NCBI GenBank assembly: GCA_002269645.1
Contig: NIVC01002516.1
Location: 1-64,000 of the forward strand
DNA length: 64,000 nucleotides
Source: Macrostomum lignano
Lineage: Eukaryota
Direction: 5' to 3'
This document shows positions 38,520 to 50,509 of this stretch, piece by piece. Position numbers and translations under genes: made by a program. A model generated the notes under the pieces. It was not told the origin of the DNA, searched no databases, and saw only the letters and a program-made list of their open reading frames with translations. Positions within the stretch are counted from its first letter, which is position 1; the number at the start of each line of letters is the position of its first letter.

Positions 38520-40720
38520 CGCAGCTTTCAAAACTGAGTCTGACAAAGCGTCTGCATCTTGAGTTTTCCTTCCTGGCCCATATTCGATCTCATAGTCATT
38601 AGCCGACAATCTCAAGTCCACTGGGTCAATCTGGCTGAAATCATCTTTGGAAGATTTTTGCTTGGGTTTAGGATGTATTTTAAAGGCTCATCAGTCTGAA
38701 GAGTGAATTTTTTTCGAGCCCGTTCAACAGCCCAATCTATCGCCAACGCTTCCCTCTCGATGTTCGAATAGTTGGTTTCTGCTTGTGAGAGCGCCCTGGA
38801 CATGAACATTTACGATGTTACGGGATGGCCCGACTGGACGAGCACAGCACCCAAAGATTTCTCACTAGCATCGACCCTAAGACAGACTGGTAAGCAGACA
38901 TCAAACGGCTTGATGCATGGATTGAAACCCAGATTTTCTTGACATCAGCGAATGCCGATCAGCACATCATCCTGGTAAACTATCACACATCTCCAATAAG
39001 CTTCTCCGTTTCGCGTTGAAAAATTGAGGTGACACCTTGATATCATAAGGCAGCCGAGTGTTAATCGTTATTACTGCCTTGGACTCTTCATTCAAAGGAA
39101 TCTGGTAGTAAGCATCCGACAGAATGGCTTTTTGTTGGCCATCTTAGAGAAGGCTGCTTCTATTGATGGCGTTAGGTAAATCTGGTCCTGCACCCATCGA
39201 TTAACCACTGAATAGTCTCCACAGATTCTCACAGATGCTAGGTCAGACTTCGCTGCTACGACAATTGGACTGCCCCATTCAGAAGACGTTACCTTTTCAA
39301 CAATTCCAGCACCTTCCATCAGATTCAACTCCTTCTTATCTAAATGCCTCAACGCTAAAGGAGTTCCCTGGCTGGCAGGAAGATTGGTTTCACTCCAGCG
39401 CAAAGGCAAATTTCTTCCATAGCACCAGAAATTCCCAACAAGCTCTCACACCTGTCACTGGCCGCTGGTTCTGCAGAGTTTGCATGGTGCACTGTTGTGG
39501 GAGTCTGCAGATTCTGGCCGAGCAACCCGAACTCTTGTTGACAGTCAATGACGGCAGCTCGGTAGTCCTGAATTGGCTTTTGCTGCCGCCGGTCTCCACC
39601 AGGCACTCCAGAACGCTCAGCTGTCTCATCACATGTTCGTCGTAGGCCAACATGCGCGGCTTCGCCATTTTAAGAGGTGCCCTTCCGAGCTCATTCCAGA
39701 TCCTCCGGGAGATCAACGAACAGGAGGCACCACCGTCTTTCTCCATCCTCATTTCCTTGTTTCCTTGTTTTCCTTGTCAAAACACGAGCTCATCACATCG
39801 GCCTTTTGAGCTCAACTGGATGCCAGTGGCTTCAATCGGCGCCGCAATGTGGGTCCTGGCGCTCCGGCACACGCATGAGAAGTGATCTGGCTTTCCGCAC
39901 TGATGGCAGGTGGCCCTCAGGACGTGGCAGTCGGCTGGATTGTGGTGCGACCACTGCCCACAACGCTGAAAACGCTGAGATTGTAAGTTCCTCAGTTTTT
40001 GCTTCTCCACGGCATTCACACAGTCTGAACCTTAAAGATTGTTGAGAGCATCAGCAGCAGAGACTGGCGCTTGGGTTGACGGCGACCTGGCCCGGTGCAC
40101 CAACGAATCCACCGAAGCAGCGATCGCCATATGCTCGGTAGAAAATTTGCTGACCATCAGTAACTGCTGCACATCGTCGTTGACTTGATCGACTGACAGC
40201 TCCTGATTCACTTCACGCTCCAGCACCTTGTTCCTGATGTCCTGGTTGGCCAGGCCGGCAATGAGCCGCAATTAAATGAGCTATTCTGCTGGATCCGCTC
40301 TCTTGACTTTCAGTTTCTCAAACTTGCACGTGACAGCTTGCTCCGTCAGACGGGCAGCACTGCTGGCGACAGTCTCACCTTCGGCTTGGTGCATAGACAC
40401 GAAGGAGGTCCGTTCGGCGATCAGCAACTAATTCTTGGGCTTCATGAACAGCAGCAGACTTGCCTTGATAGCAGACCATTTGAGCTCAGACACGGTCTTC
40501 GGAGTCACCAGTTGTTTAACTTTAACCCACCAGAAAGGCATCTGTCAGCGCTGGTCTTTCATCGGTGTCTTCAATTCCTTTCGATCTGGCTTGTGCATCA
40601 AAAACTGATCCATGCAGAAAGCTCTTCTGTGTTGTTTATCGGCAACGTTTCTCTCAGTTTGATACTCGTCCTGCTTATGACTACGAGCGTAGACAAACTG
40701 ACAAGTTTAGTCATATTTGC
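38520..40720 (-). pseudogene. Decayed Ty3/Gypsy gag-pol (gag, twin Zn knuckles, protease, RT, RNase H)
   Basis: RLIAGLANQDIRNKVL; CGQW..H..DC..ATCHQCGKPDHF..C; protease-like DGGASCSLIS; SEWGSPIVV..VRICGDY; YQDD; VDAS; YSNIEREALAI. Many frameshifts and stops. Confidence 0.9.
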
Positions 40721-41699
40721 AAGCGAAAAAAACCAGTGATCAAACGATACAAGCTCGTAACTCATAGGCAAAACCTTTTTATTGATAATTTTCAGGTGCA
40801 TAGTAAATACTCAATGGATAATATTTGGGGCTTAAGATCATACACGAATGTGCAGGTGCAAACAAGAAAATGAAAGGGCATAAAGCTAGAATTAGAGAGA
40901 AAAGAGTACAGCATGCACTCAGAGCAAAACCAAAACACAAACCCAACAGAAAGTGCTTTTATTCCAAAGTATCCATGTCACCTGCCTGTAGTAACAGCAA
41001 GATATTAACACGCACTGGACGATTTGAGCCACCAAATTCGGAGAAGTGTGTCTCAATTTCTGAACCTGTCGAGCCTTTGCTCAGTGCATTTCTGTCGAAC
41101 AACTGTGCAGTCCTGAGAAGAGGGAGAGTTATTTAGAATGAGGCGACTTTGAACTCAAGCAGTGCTCTCCTTGCGTGCTATTGTTCACGCTCGCCTTTCG
41201 AGCTGCGAGCCTGCTTGCGCCTGGAGGTGGGCTTGCCATCGTCTGCCTGCCAAGGTCAACCAGTCTGTTCCGGTCTGTTTCGAGCGCTGAGCTGGCTAGG
41301 GGCCGTTTCAGATGAAGGTCTTAGAATGTGAGCACACATTTCCAGCGCTTGCATTCCTGAAAGTCAGGGTCGCTACACACCCTGTGAGTGAGTATATGCT
41401 GCAATACCATGCTTAACTGTATTGAGAAGTAATAAATAACTAATTAACTCATAAAAATTCTAATCCACTTTCAATAAGCTTTTTGATCAGATTGCTTATT
41501 AGTGCAGCAAAATAACTTTGCTGCGCAGGCTGCATATGACGCGTGAGGCTGCATAATAGAGATTTGAACTGGAACTGCGGCCAGGTCGTGAAGGTGTGAA
41601 GCAACTGTAATTTTTTTAGGCTGTCTGGCTAAACTTGATTTCGATGTAGAAATTAAATCAATACCTGATGGACGTAGGCAGTCCCTAGTTAATTACTTA

Positions 41700-41880
41700 A
41701 GTCCTGTCGCGACTTTCTTAGTCATTTCTTAGTTCATCTGCACTCGTCTCTGTTGACTGTTTTCTCTCCCTCTCTGTCTAGTTCAGTCTTGTTATTCTTC
41801 GTATCTCTCTTCCTCGCTGCCTTCTGATTGGCTCTTCAATCTCGCTTCTTTCCTTAAGTCGCGCACTCCACCCCTCCTTG
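41700..41880 (+). repeat. Dispersed repeat shared with 17320-17505
   Basis: Colinear similarity, e.g. gccttctgattggctc.tcaatctcgc and agtcgcgcactccacccctcctt in both copies. Confidence 0.75.
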
Positions 41881-42604
41881 TGTTATGCGAGTACTGACAT
41901 AAATATACGCTCGTACCCGCTGGGGCCCTAGCCGAGTCCCACTTACTTTTCCGTCGGTTTTGTTTTCAACTATAATTGTAGTAGGGCATTAATTTAGCGG
42001 GTGAATTCAAATACGCTTTTTCACTACTATCAGTAGTTTTAGCCAGGGAAAATAATTAGGGCAGGGGTAGATCGCGAATTTTGGGACTTCATTACTAGTA
42101 AAGAGCAGTTGGGCTCTTGGATCCGTTTGCGTCGCTTCTAACTTAGAAATTTTATCAAGGAATTCAAGGTAAAAAGGGAAAAATTGGGAAATAAGAATAC
42201 GAATAAGAATTAGCTTGCACAAGAGGAGTCTTGCCTCGAAACATTGAGAGTCTTGCCCAAAACCACATAAGGAAACTAATGTAAACAACAACTTTTGTAT
42301 AACTAACGATAACTAATTCTTTTTTTCATAAACTTGTGTTGAAATTTTCAATCGGTGTCCTGACTCACTTCTTTAATATCTAAATACTAGAATTAGGGAA
42401 ATCAGGGACCTGGTGGCAGCGAATCTACCAAACTACCAGATAATCCACGAGAATAATAAGTTACTAAGCTAAATAAAACCAGTAGCCTAAACCGCGAGAC
42501 CACGACTTGTCCATAATTAAATACTCGCAGTTTATTGATATTCTTGACAAGTCCCAACCGACTACAGCCACAAATGGGTTGAAATTGAATAAGATATAAT
42601 ATGA

Positions 42605-43020
42605 TAACAACAACAGCAGCAAAAACAACAAATTACGCCGTCCCGCATGCAAAGTCACAGTTAAAGCAGGGCGCGTCAAATGGCGCGCCGCAGAGACTGA
42701 GAGCGGACAAAGTCCGTGCCGTTGGCAGTGTCGGGCGCCCCAGCGTCGCATAGGAGGCAGTCCACGTATCGACGGGTTCGGGCCTGACCCCGCCTGAACG
42801 GGCCCTACAAGGTGAGCAGCAGGACGTCCTGAGCAGGTTGAAGGCAGTAGCCCTCGGCCCGGATCACGTGACCCGCCAGTTGAAGTCGCCGCCGGCGCAG
42901 GATGATGGACGAGCGCTGTAGCTTGGCCCGATCGTACAGGGCCTCGGTCCCGACGTTCTCGTCAGCTCGAAAGGCCGCATGGAGCAGCCCTGAGTGCGCC
43001 GAGTCCAACTGACATACTGA
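42605..43020 (-). mobile_element. 3' end of an RTE-like LINE
   Basis: ALYDRAKLQRSSIILRRRRLQLAGHVIRAEGYC, resembling the C-terminal region of RTE ORFs, followed on the minus strand by a (TTG)-rich tail. Confidence 0.7.
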
Positions 43021-43429
43021 TAACAAATGCTGAACAGCCTATATTTGAATTTAACTAAAAGCTAATTAATCCGATTCCTTCTGCCAAATACTCTACTCGA
43101 TAAAAATCAAGCATGGCCTTGACACAAAACTGTGAAGTTTTGAGGTTGTGAAGATGCAATGTGAAATTTTGGGAATGTGAAATGCGCCTTGCAAAAAAGA
43201 GTTTAAGATTCGTCCCCGCAACAACTGCAGTAATATACCTACAAGACTTGAATAGAAAATAGCCGTAAACAGCTAAGCGTGTCGACTTTAAAGGGACTGA
43301 CGGCGCAGTGTCGGATGATAAAGGCAGACGGAGACGGTCCTAAGCCTCTAAGCCACGAGAAATTTGTTGCATTGCATAAAAGAAAGTAACAAATGTGACA
43401 AATTCTGAAGCATTTTTTAGACTCAGAGT

Positions 43430-43830
43430 CCAGAGCACTGACACACCAAGCTATCCAGGACACAGACAGTCCTGTGCAGAGACAGACCCCACAGTCTGGG
43501 GCACTGACACACCAAGCTATCCAGGACACAGACATTCCTGTGCAGAGACAGACCCCACAGTCTGAGGCACTGACACACCAAGCTATCCAGGACACAGACC
43601 TCACAGTCTGAGGCACTGACACACCAAGCTATCCAGGACACAGACCCCACAGTCTGAGGCACTGACACACCAAGCTATCCAGGACACAGACATCTTGTGC
43701 AGAGACAGACCCCACAGTCTGAGGTACTGACACACCAAGCTATCCAAGACACAGAGATTCCTGTGCAGAGACAGAACCCACAGTCTGGGGCATTGACACA
43801 CCAAGCTATCCACAACACAGACAACATACA
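43430..43830. repeat. 33/53-bp composite minisatellite
   Basis: gcactgacacaccaagctatccaggacacagac with an optional ~20-bp insert. Confidence 0.9.
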
Positions 43831-44699
43831 ATCTACTCGTAGTTTATGACTTTGTTCTAGACGCTGAAAATCAGCTCTCCAATGTCTAGTGTTCCAAACG
43901 CTTTCCATGTACTTAATAATTCGCAAAAGTTTCCCTCACCCTGCAGTGTCAGTTTGAATTCCGTTCAAAACTGACCGCACACGAGGTGCCCCCCGACCGC
44001 CTTATCACGCTCTGCTGGTTCTTACTCAGCTGTCGCTTAGTATTTTGTTGACTTACTGGCTCAGACTCTGCCAATGCGCTCAGATGGCAGCAGAAAAGCC
44101 TGGTTTTAATCTTCTAAACTATATAATTCCCTAGCTATTGCTGTACGACTATAGAGTTAAATTTGCTCCCTGGTTGCACTTTTGCTCCTTTTCTTGTTTG
44201 TTCTTTGCGCTGAATTTATTGAAACTCCGTATATCATAATTATCACCATCGCCTAAAATGTACTTTTCGAGTACAGCATTTGCTCATCATTCTTCTGCAC
44301 GCAGGTTTTTTGCTGAATTGGGATATTAAACTCTCCTGACCTTGCATAGCACAAGGCGACTCATTTAAGCTCACTCAATATCCGTGCTGTCCATGCCTTC
44401 CGCCGCGGGTTGCTAGCACAGCAAGACATAGTTGGCCAGGCATGCCACTAGTACGCAGCAGGGTCCGCTGCAGAAAGATTCTCCAACAATCCGACGATCG
44501 AATTATCAATGAAAGAGTGCAGTAACAAGATTTTTACATTAGCTATTGATCTCTCTCCCTGTCTCGCAGGTCCCTTCCGCAAAAGTCACAAAAGTTCATC
44601 GATTTTATCGCGCGATTTCTTTGCTGCATTTAATCGTGATTTAGCAGCAGCTCAGCTAGGATACGACCGTAGATTCACCTCTGTACGCTGAACTAATCA

Positions 44700-45289
44700 A
44701 GGAATAGAAATATAAAAGTGAAGATCAACATAGATTACATTCTTTCGACGCGTTTCGGTCCAACAAGGGCCATCTTCAGGTCTGGTGTATTTTTAGTCAC
44801 ACAACAACTTTTATAAGAGATAAGCGAACAAATGTTTACTGTATAGTCCAAGGGGCATATCATGGGCAGAATTTTCAAAGTAAATGAGCAGCAGATTACG
44901 AGTACATTGTTCAGGTTTGTGCCTTCACTTAGAACATCTTGAGCAAATGGCCCGCACCACTATGGGAGAGCTGAATATTCAGATTTGGTTTTTGGTTTTT
45001 AATAGTGTACATGGATTCAAGTATATGAAGCCTAAAGTCAGTCCTACACCGATAAATAATTTTGAACTGCTGAGTTTGCTCAATTTCGCAACAACTGTTG
45101 CAACAGAGCAGGTGGTCTTGGATAGCCGACCTTTTCAACCAATGCTCTCTGACTCTGGTGTAAAAGTGCCTTTTAGTTTTACCTAAATTTCGCAACAACT
45201 GTTGCAACAGAGCAGGTGGTCTTGGATAGCCGACCTTTTCAACCAATGCTCTCTGACTCTGGTGTAAAAGTGCCTTTTAGTTTTACCTA
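44700..45289 (-). mobile_element. 3' fragment of a Penelope-like retroelement (GIY-YIG endonuclease C-terminus and 3' UTR)
   Basis: GKTKRHFYTRVREH..SAIQDH..C..C..FKII..LHILESM.I..QKPNLNIQ*, followed by the typical ctgaagatgg..ccgaaacgcgtc motif. Confidence 0.8.
44747..44779 (-). ncRNA. Minimal hammerhead ribozyme motif of Penelope type (stem I degenerate)
   Basis: CTGAAGA-tggcccttgttggacc-GAAA-CGCG-TC: conserved core, imperfect stem II, palindromic stem III and a GUC cleavage triplet. Confidence 0.6.
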
Positions 45290-45510
45290 CTAGCAATCTA
45301 CGCCCCCCGTTGGGGAGCCAAAGAAATGCAATACACGTTTTTTTAATAAGCTACATGTATCCTTGAAATCTTAAAAAATCTCCTGTCAAACCTTGTAAGC
45401 CTTGACATGTCAGTTATCCCCCCACAAGCTTTAACATATCAACTTCCCCCCTTGACATCTCAGCAATGCCCCCAATAAGCCTTGGAAATCTAAAAATATC
45501 TGTCAACCTT

Positions 45511-45572
45511 CTAACCCTAACCCTAGCCTAACCCTAACCCTAACCCTAACCCTAACCCTAACCTAACCCTAA
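45511..45572. repeat. Interstitial telomeric (CCCTAA)n tract; also at 50738-50778, 55757-55818, 59999-60032
   Basis: About 5-10 direct CCCTAA units at the equivalent position in each complete Helitron-like unit. Confidence 0.95.
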
Positions 45573-46489
45573 AGCATTGAAATTTCAGTAATTCTCCCCA
45601 AGAGTCATTATAGCACTACTACAGCATTATAGCGATTCCTTGCAAGCCTCAACATCGTAGGGATTCCCAAATGAATCTCTTAACTTCGACATGAAGCTTC
45701 TTTTATTTTTTACATTACGCTTTTTTATCAGCGATCCCTCCCCTGAGGAGGCATCAAATAATGTAATAAAAAGTTTTCAATAAACTACATGTAGCTTCTG
45801 ACTTTAGCCTTGAAATCTCATTTATACCCCCGTGAGCCTTGACATCTCAGCTATTCCCCCCGTAAGCCTTGACATGTCAGCAATGGCCCCCATAAACCTT
45901 GAAATCTAAAAAATCCCCTGTTAACCTTGAAACCCGATAAAATATAACCCTCAACCCACACCTGACCTAAACCTAACTTTAACCCAACCTAAAGCCTTGA
46001 AATCTCAGCAATTCTTCTCCCCTAAGCCTTAACATTTTAGTGATTCTTTCTTTAAGAATCACAGCACTATAACGATTTCCACCAAGCTTTGACATCGTAG
46101 CAATTCCCAAATGAATCTTTTAACTTCGACATGACTTTTCTTTTATGTATACATAGTGCTACTTTTATTTTTTACATGACTTTTCTTCTATCAGCGCCCC
46201 CCCCCGTGACGAGCCAACAAAGAATGCAAAAAAAAATGGAGTAAAGTGCATGAACTTTGAAGTAGCTTCTGACTTTTGCTTTGACATCTCAGAAACCCCC
46301 CCGTAATCTCAGTTATTCTCTGAGAGCCTTGACGTCTCAGTTTTTCTCCCCAGCACAGCATTATAGTTGCATTTAATTTTTACATGAACCTTTCATGTCT
46401 GACATGACGTTTCTTTTATTCTACCGTGACGCTTCCTAATTTTTTAAATGACACTTTCATTAGTTTTTAAATGAGGCTTCTATGATTTT

Positions 46490-49400
46490 TTCTTGACGCT
46501 TCTATGATTTTTACATGACGCTTCTATGATTTTTTACATGACGCTTCTATGATTGTTTACACGACGCTTCTATGATTTTTATATGACGTTTCTATGATTG
46601 TTTACATGACGCTTCTATGATTGTTTACATGACGCTTCTATGATTGTTTACAGTACGCTTCTATGATTTTTTCTTGACGCTTCTATGATTTTTACATGAC
46701 GCTTCTATGATTTTTTACATGACGCTTCTATGATTGTTTACATGACGCTTCTATGATTTTTATATGACGTTTCTATGATTGTTTACATGACGCTTCTATG
46801 ATTGTTTACATGACGCTTCTATGATTGTTTACAGTACGCTTCTATGATTTTTTACATGACGCTTCTATGATTGTTTACATGACGCTTCTATGATTGTTTA
46901 CATGACGCTTCTATGATTTTTTACATGACGCTTCTATGATTGTTTACATGACGCTTCTATGATTGTTTGCATGACGCTTCTATGATTGTTTACATGACGC
47001 TTCTATGATTGTTTACATGACGCCTCTACGATTTTTTACATGACGCTTCTATGATTGTTTACATGACGCTTCTATGATTGTTTACATGACGCTTCTATGA
47101 TTGTTTACATGACGCTTCTAAGATTTTTTACATGACGCTTCTATGATTGTTTACATGACGCTTTTATGACTTTTTACATGACGCTTCTAAGATTCTTTAC
47201 ATGACGCTTCTAAGATTTTTTACATGACGCTTCTACGATTGTTTACATGACGCTTCTATGATTGTTTACATGACGCTTCTATGATTGTTTACATGACGCT
47301 TCTAAGATTTTTTACATGACGCTTCTATGATTGTTTACATGACGCTTTTATGACTTTTTACATGACGCTTCTAAGATTTTTTACATGACGCTTCTAAGAT
47401 TTTTTACATGACGCTTCTACGATTTTTTACATGACGCTTCTATGATTTTTTACATGACGCTTCTATGATTTTTTACATGACGCTTCTATGATTTTTTACA
47501 TGACGCTTCTATGATTTTTTACATGACGCTTCTATGATTTTTTACATGACGCTTCTATGACTGTTTACATGACGCTTCTATGATTTTTTAATGACGCTTC
47601 TATGATTTTTACATACGCTTCTATGATTTTTACATGACGCTTCTATGATTTTTTAAATGACGCTTCTATGATTGTTTACATGACGCTTCTATGATTGTTT
47701 ACATGACGCTTCTATGATTGTTTACATGACGCTTCTATGATTTTTACATGACGCTTCTATGATTGTTTACATGACGCTTCTATGATTGTTTACATGACGC
47801 TTCTATGATTGTTTACATGACGCTTCTATGATTTTTACATGACGCTTCTATGATTGTTTACATGACGCTTCTATGATTGTTTACATGACGCTTCTATGAT
47901 TTTTTACATGACGCTTCTACGATTTTTTACATGACGCTTCTATGATTGTTTACATGACGCTTCTATGATTGTTTACATGACGCTTCTATGATTGTTTACA
48001 TGACGCTTCTAAGATTTTTTACATGACGCTTCTACGATTTTTACATGACGCTTCTATGATTGTTTACATGACGCTTCTATGATTGTTTACATGACGCTTC
48101 TAAGATTTTTTACATGACGCTTCTACGATTTTTTACATGACGCTTCTATGATTGTTTACATGACGCTTCTATGATTGTTTACATGACGCTTCTAAGATTT
48201 TTTACATGACGCTTCTACGATTTTTTACATGACGCTTCTATGATTGTTTACATGACGCTTCTATGATTGTTTACATGACGCTTCTAAGATTTTTACATGA
48301 CGCTTTATGATTTTTTAATGACGCTTCTACGATTTTTTACATGACGCTTCTATGATTGTTTACATGACGCTTCTATGATTGTTTACATGACGCTTTTATG
48401 ATTTTTACATGACGCTTCTATGATTGCTTCATGACGCTTCTATGATTGTTTACATGACGCTTCTATGATTGTTTACATGACGCTTCTATGATTGTTTACA
48501 TGACGCTTCTATGATTGTTTACATGACGCTTCTATGATTGTTTACATGACGCTTCTATGATTGTTTACATGACGCTTCTATGATTGTTTACATGACGCTT
48601 CTATGATTGTTTACATGACGCTTCTATGATTGTTTACATGACGCTTCTATGATTGTTTACATGACGCTTCTATGATTGTTTACATGACGCTTCTATGATT
48701 TTTACATGACGCTTCTATGATTGTTTACATGACGCTTCTATGATTTTTACATGACGCTTCTATGATTTTTACATGACGCTTCTATGATTGTTTACATGAC
48801 GCTTCTATGATTGTTTCATGACGCTTCTATGATTGTTTACATGACGCTTCTATGATTGTTTACATGACGCTTCTATGATTGTTTACATGACGCTTCTATG
48901 ATTTTTACATGACGCTTCTATGATTGTTTACATGACGCTTCTATGATTGTTTACATGACGCTTTTATGATTTTTCATGACGCTTCTATGATTGTTCATGA
49001 CGCTTCTATGATTGTTTACATGACGCTTCTATGATTGTTTACATGACGCTTCTATGATTGTTTACATGACGCTTCTATGATTGTTTACATGACGCTTCTA
49101 TGATTGTTTACATGACGCTTCTATGATTGTTTACATGACGCTTCTATGATTGTTTACATGACGCTTCTATGATTGTTTACATGACGCTTCTATGATTGTT
49201 TACATGACGCTTCTATGATTGTTTACATGACGCTTCTATGATTGTTTACATGACGCTTCTATGATTTTTACATGACGCTTCTATGATTGTTTACATGACG
49301 CTTCTATGATTTTTACATGACGCTTCTATGATTTTTACATGACGCTTCTATGATTTTTACATGACGCTTCTATGATTGTTTACATGACGCTTCTATGATT

Positions 49401-49900
49401 GTTTACATGACGCTTCTATGATTGTTTACATGACGCTTCTATGATTGTTTACATGACGCTTCTATGATTGTTTACATGACGCTTCTATGATTGTTTACAT
49501 GACGCTTCTATGATTGTTTACATGACGCTTCTATGATTGTTTACATGACGCTTCTATGATTTTTAATGACGCTTCTATGATTGTTTACATGACGCTTCTA
49601 TGACTGTTTACACAACGCTTCTATGATTTTTTTAAAAATGACGCTTCTATGATTTTTATATAACGCTTCTACGATTTTTTACATGGCGCTTCTATGATTT
49701 TTTAAATGACGCTTCTATGATTGTTTACATGACGCTTCTATGATTGTTTACATGACGCTTCTATGATTTTTTACATGACGCTTCTATGATTTTTTACATG
49801 ACGCTTCTATGATTGTTTACATGACACTTCTATTATTTTTTACATGACGCTTCTATGATTTTTATATGACGCTTCTATGATTTTTTACATGATGCTTCTT
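46490..49900. repeat. 23-bp satellite in unit 1
   Basis: (atgacgcttctatgattgtttac)n with 22/23-bp T-run variants. Confidence 0.99.
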
Positions 49901-50509
49901 TTTAAAAAGTCTTTTAGTTTTCCTGACGTTGAAAAGCTTTAATTAAAAAAATTGTACTCTATGAAAATTCGAACCATCGTCGCTGCATTTGGCAGTTCAG
50001 TTTGTTCACCTCTAGGCTAGCTCTCATCGTTTTGATAACATCAAATTTTGCACTTATATAATTCAACACTTTAAAATCCAAGCATAGAGTAAATCACACG
50101 AAGCAGTTATGACATAATCAGTTTCTCAGTCAGTCAGTATCAGTTAACAATATGGTTACGCAATTTAAATCAAGTCTGGTGCTACGCTTCCACACTGTAT
50201 TTTCAATTCAAGTCGGAGGTACAATTCAGTTATGATGCAATCTATTTCAGAATCAGAATTCAACCAGTCAGTTTTTTCTCTAGCATTCTTACAATGCATT
50301 TCAAGTCGAAAGAGCTGCTTGACCTTTGCAAGAAAGCATGTTTTTCGAATATTTAATGCCTTTAGCATCGAGCAATTTCTTAGCCACGATGCATGTACAG
50401 TCACGGGAAAATTTCTGATCGAACAGTGCAAGTTCGAACAAAATCGGTCCAGCCATTTTTTCTCTAATCGATTACAAGCAAGCAAGATTTTCATTTTTAG
50501 TATATTGGA

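Larger units (their letters stand above)
45290..50509 (-). mobile_element. Non-autonomous Helitron-like unit 1
   Basis: 5' TCCAATATACTAAAAATG at 50509; 3' hairpin GCTCCCC-AAC-GGGGGGC plus 8 nt and CTAG ending at 45290, followed by T. Confidence 0.85.

Noticed and set aside
45511-45572. True chromosome end
   Set aside because: Tracts are short, internal and repeated at a fixed place in each unit.
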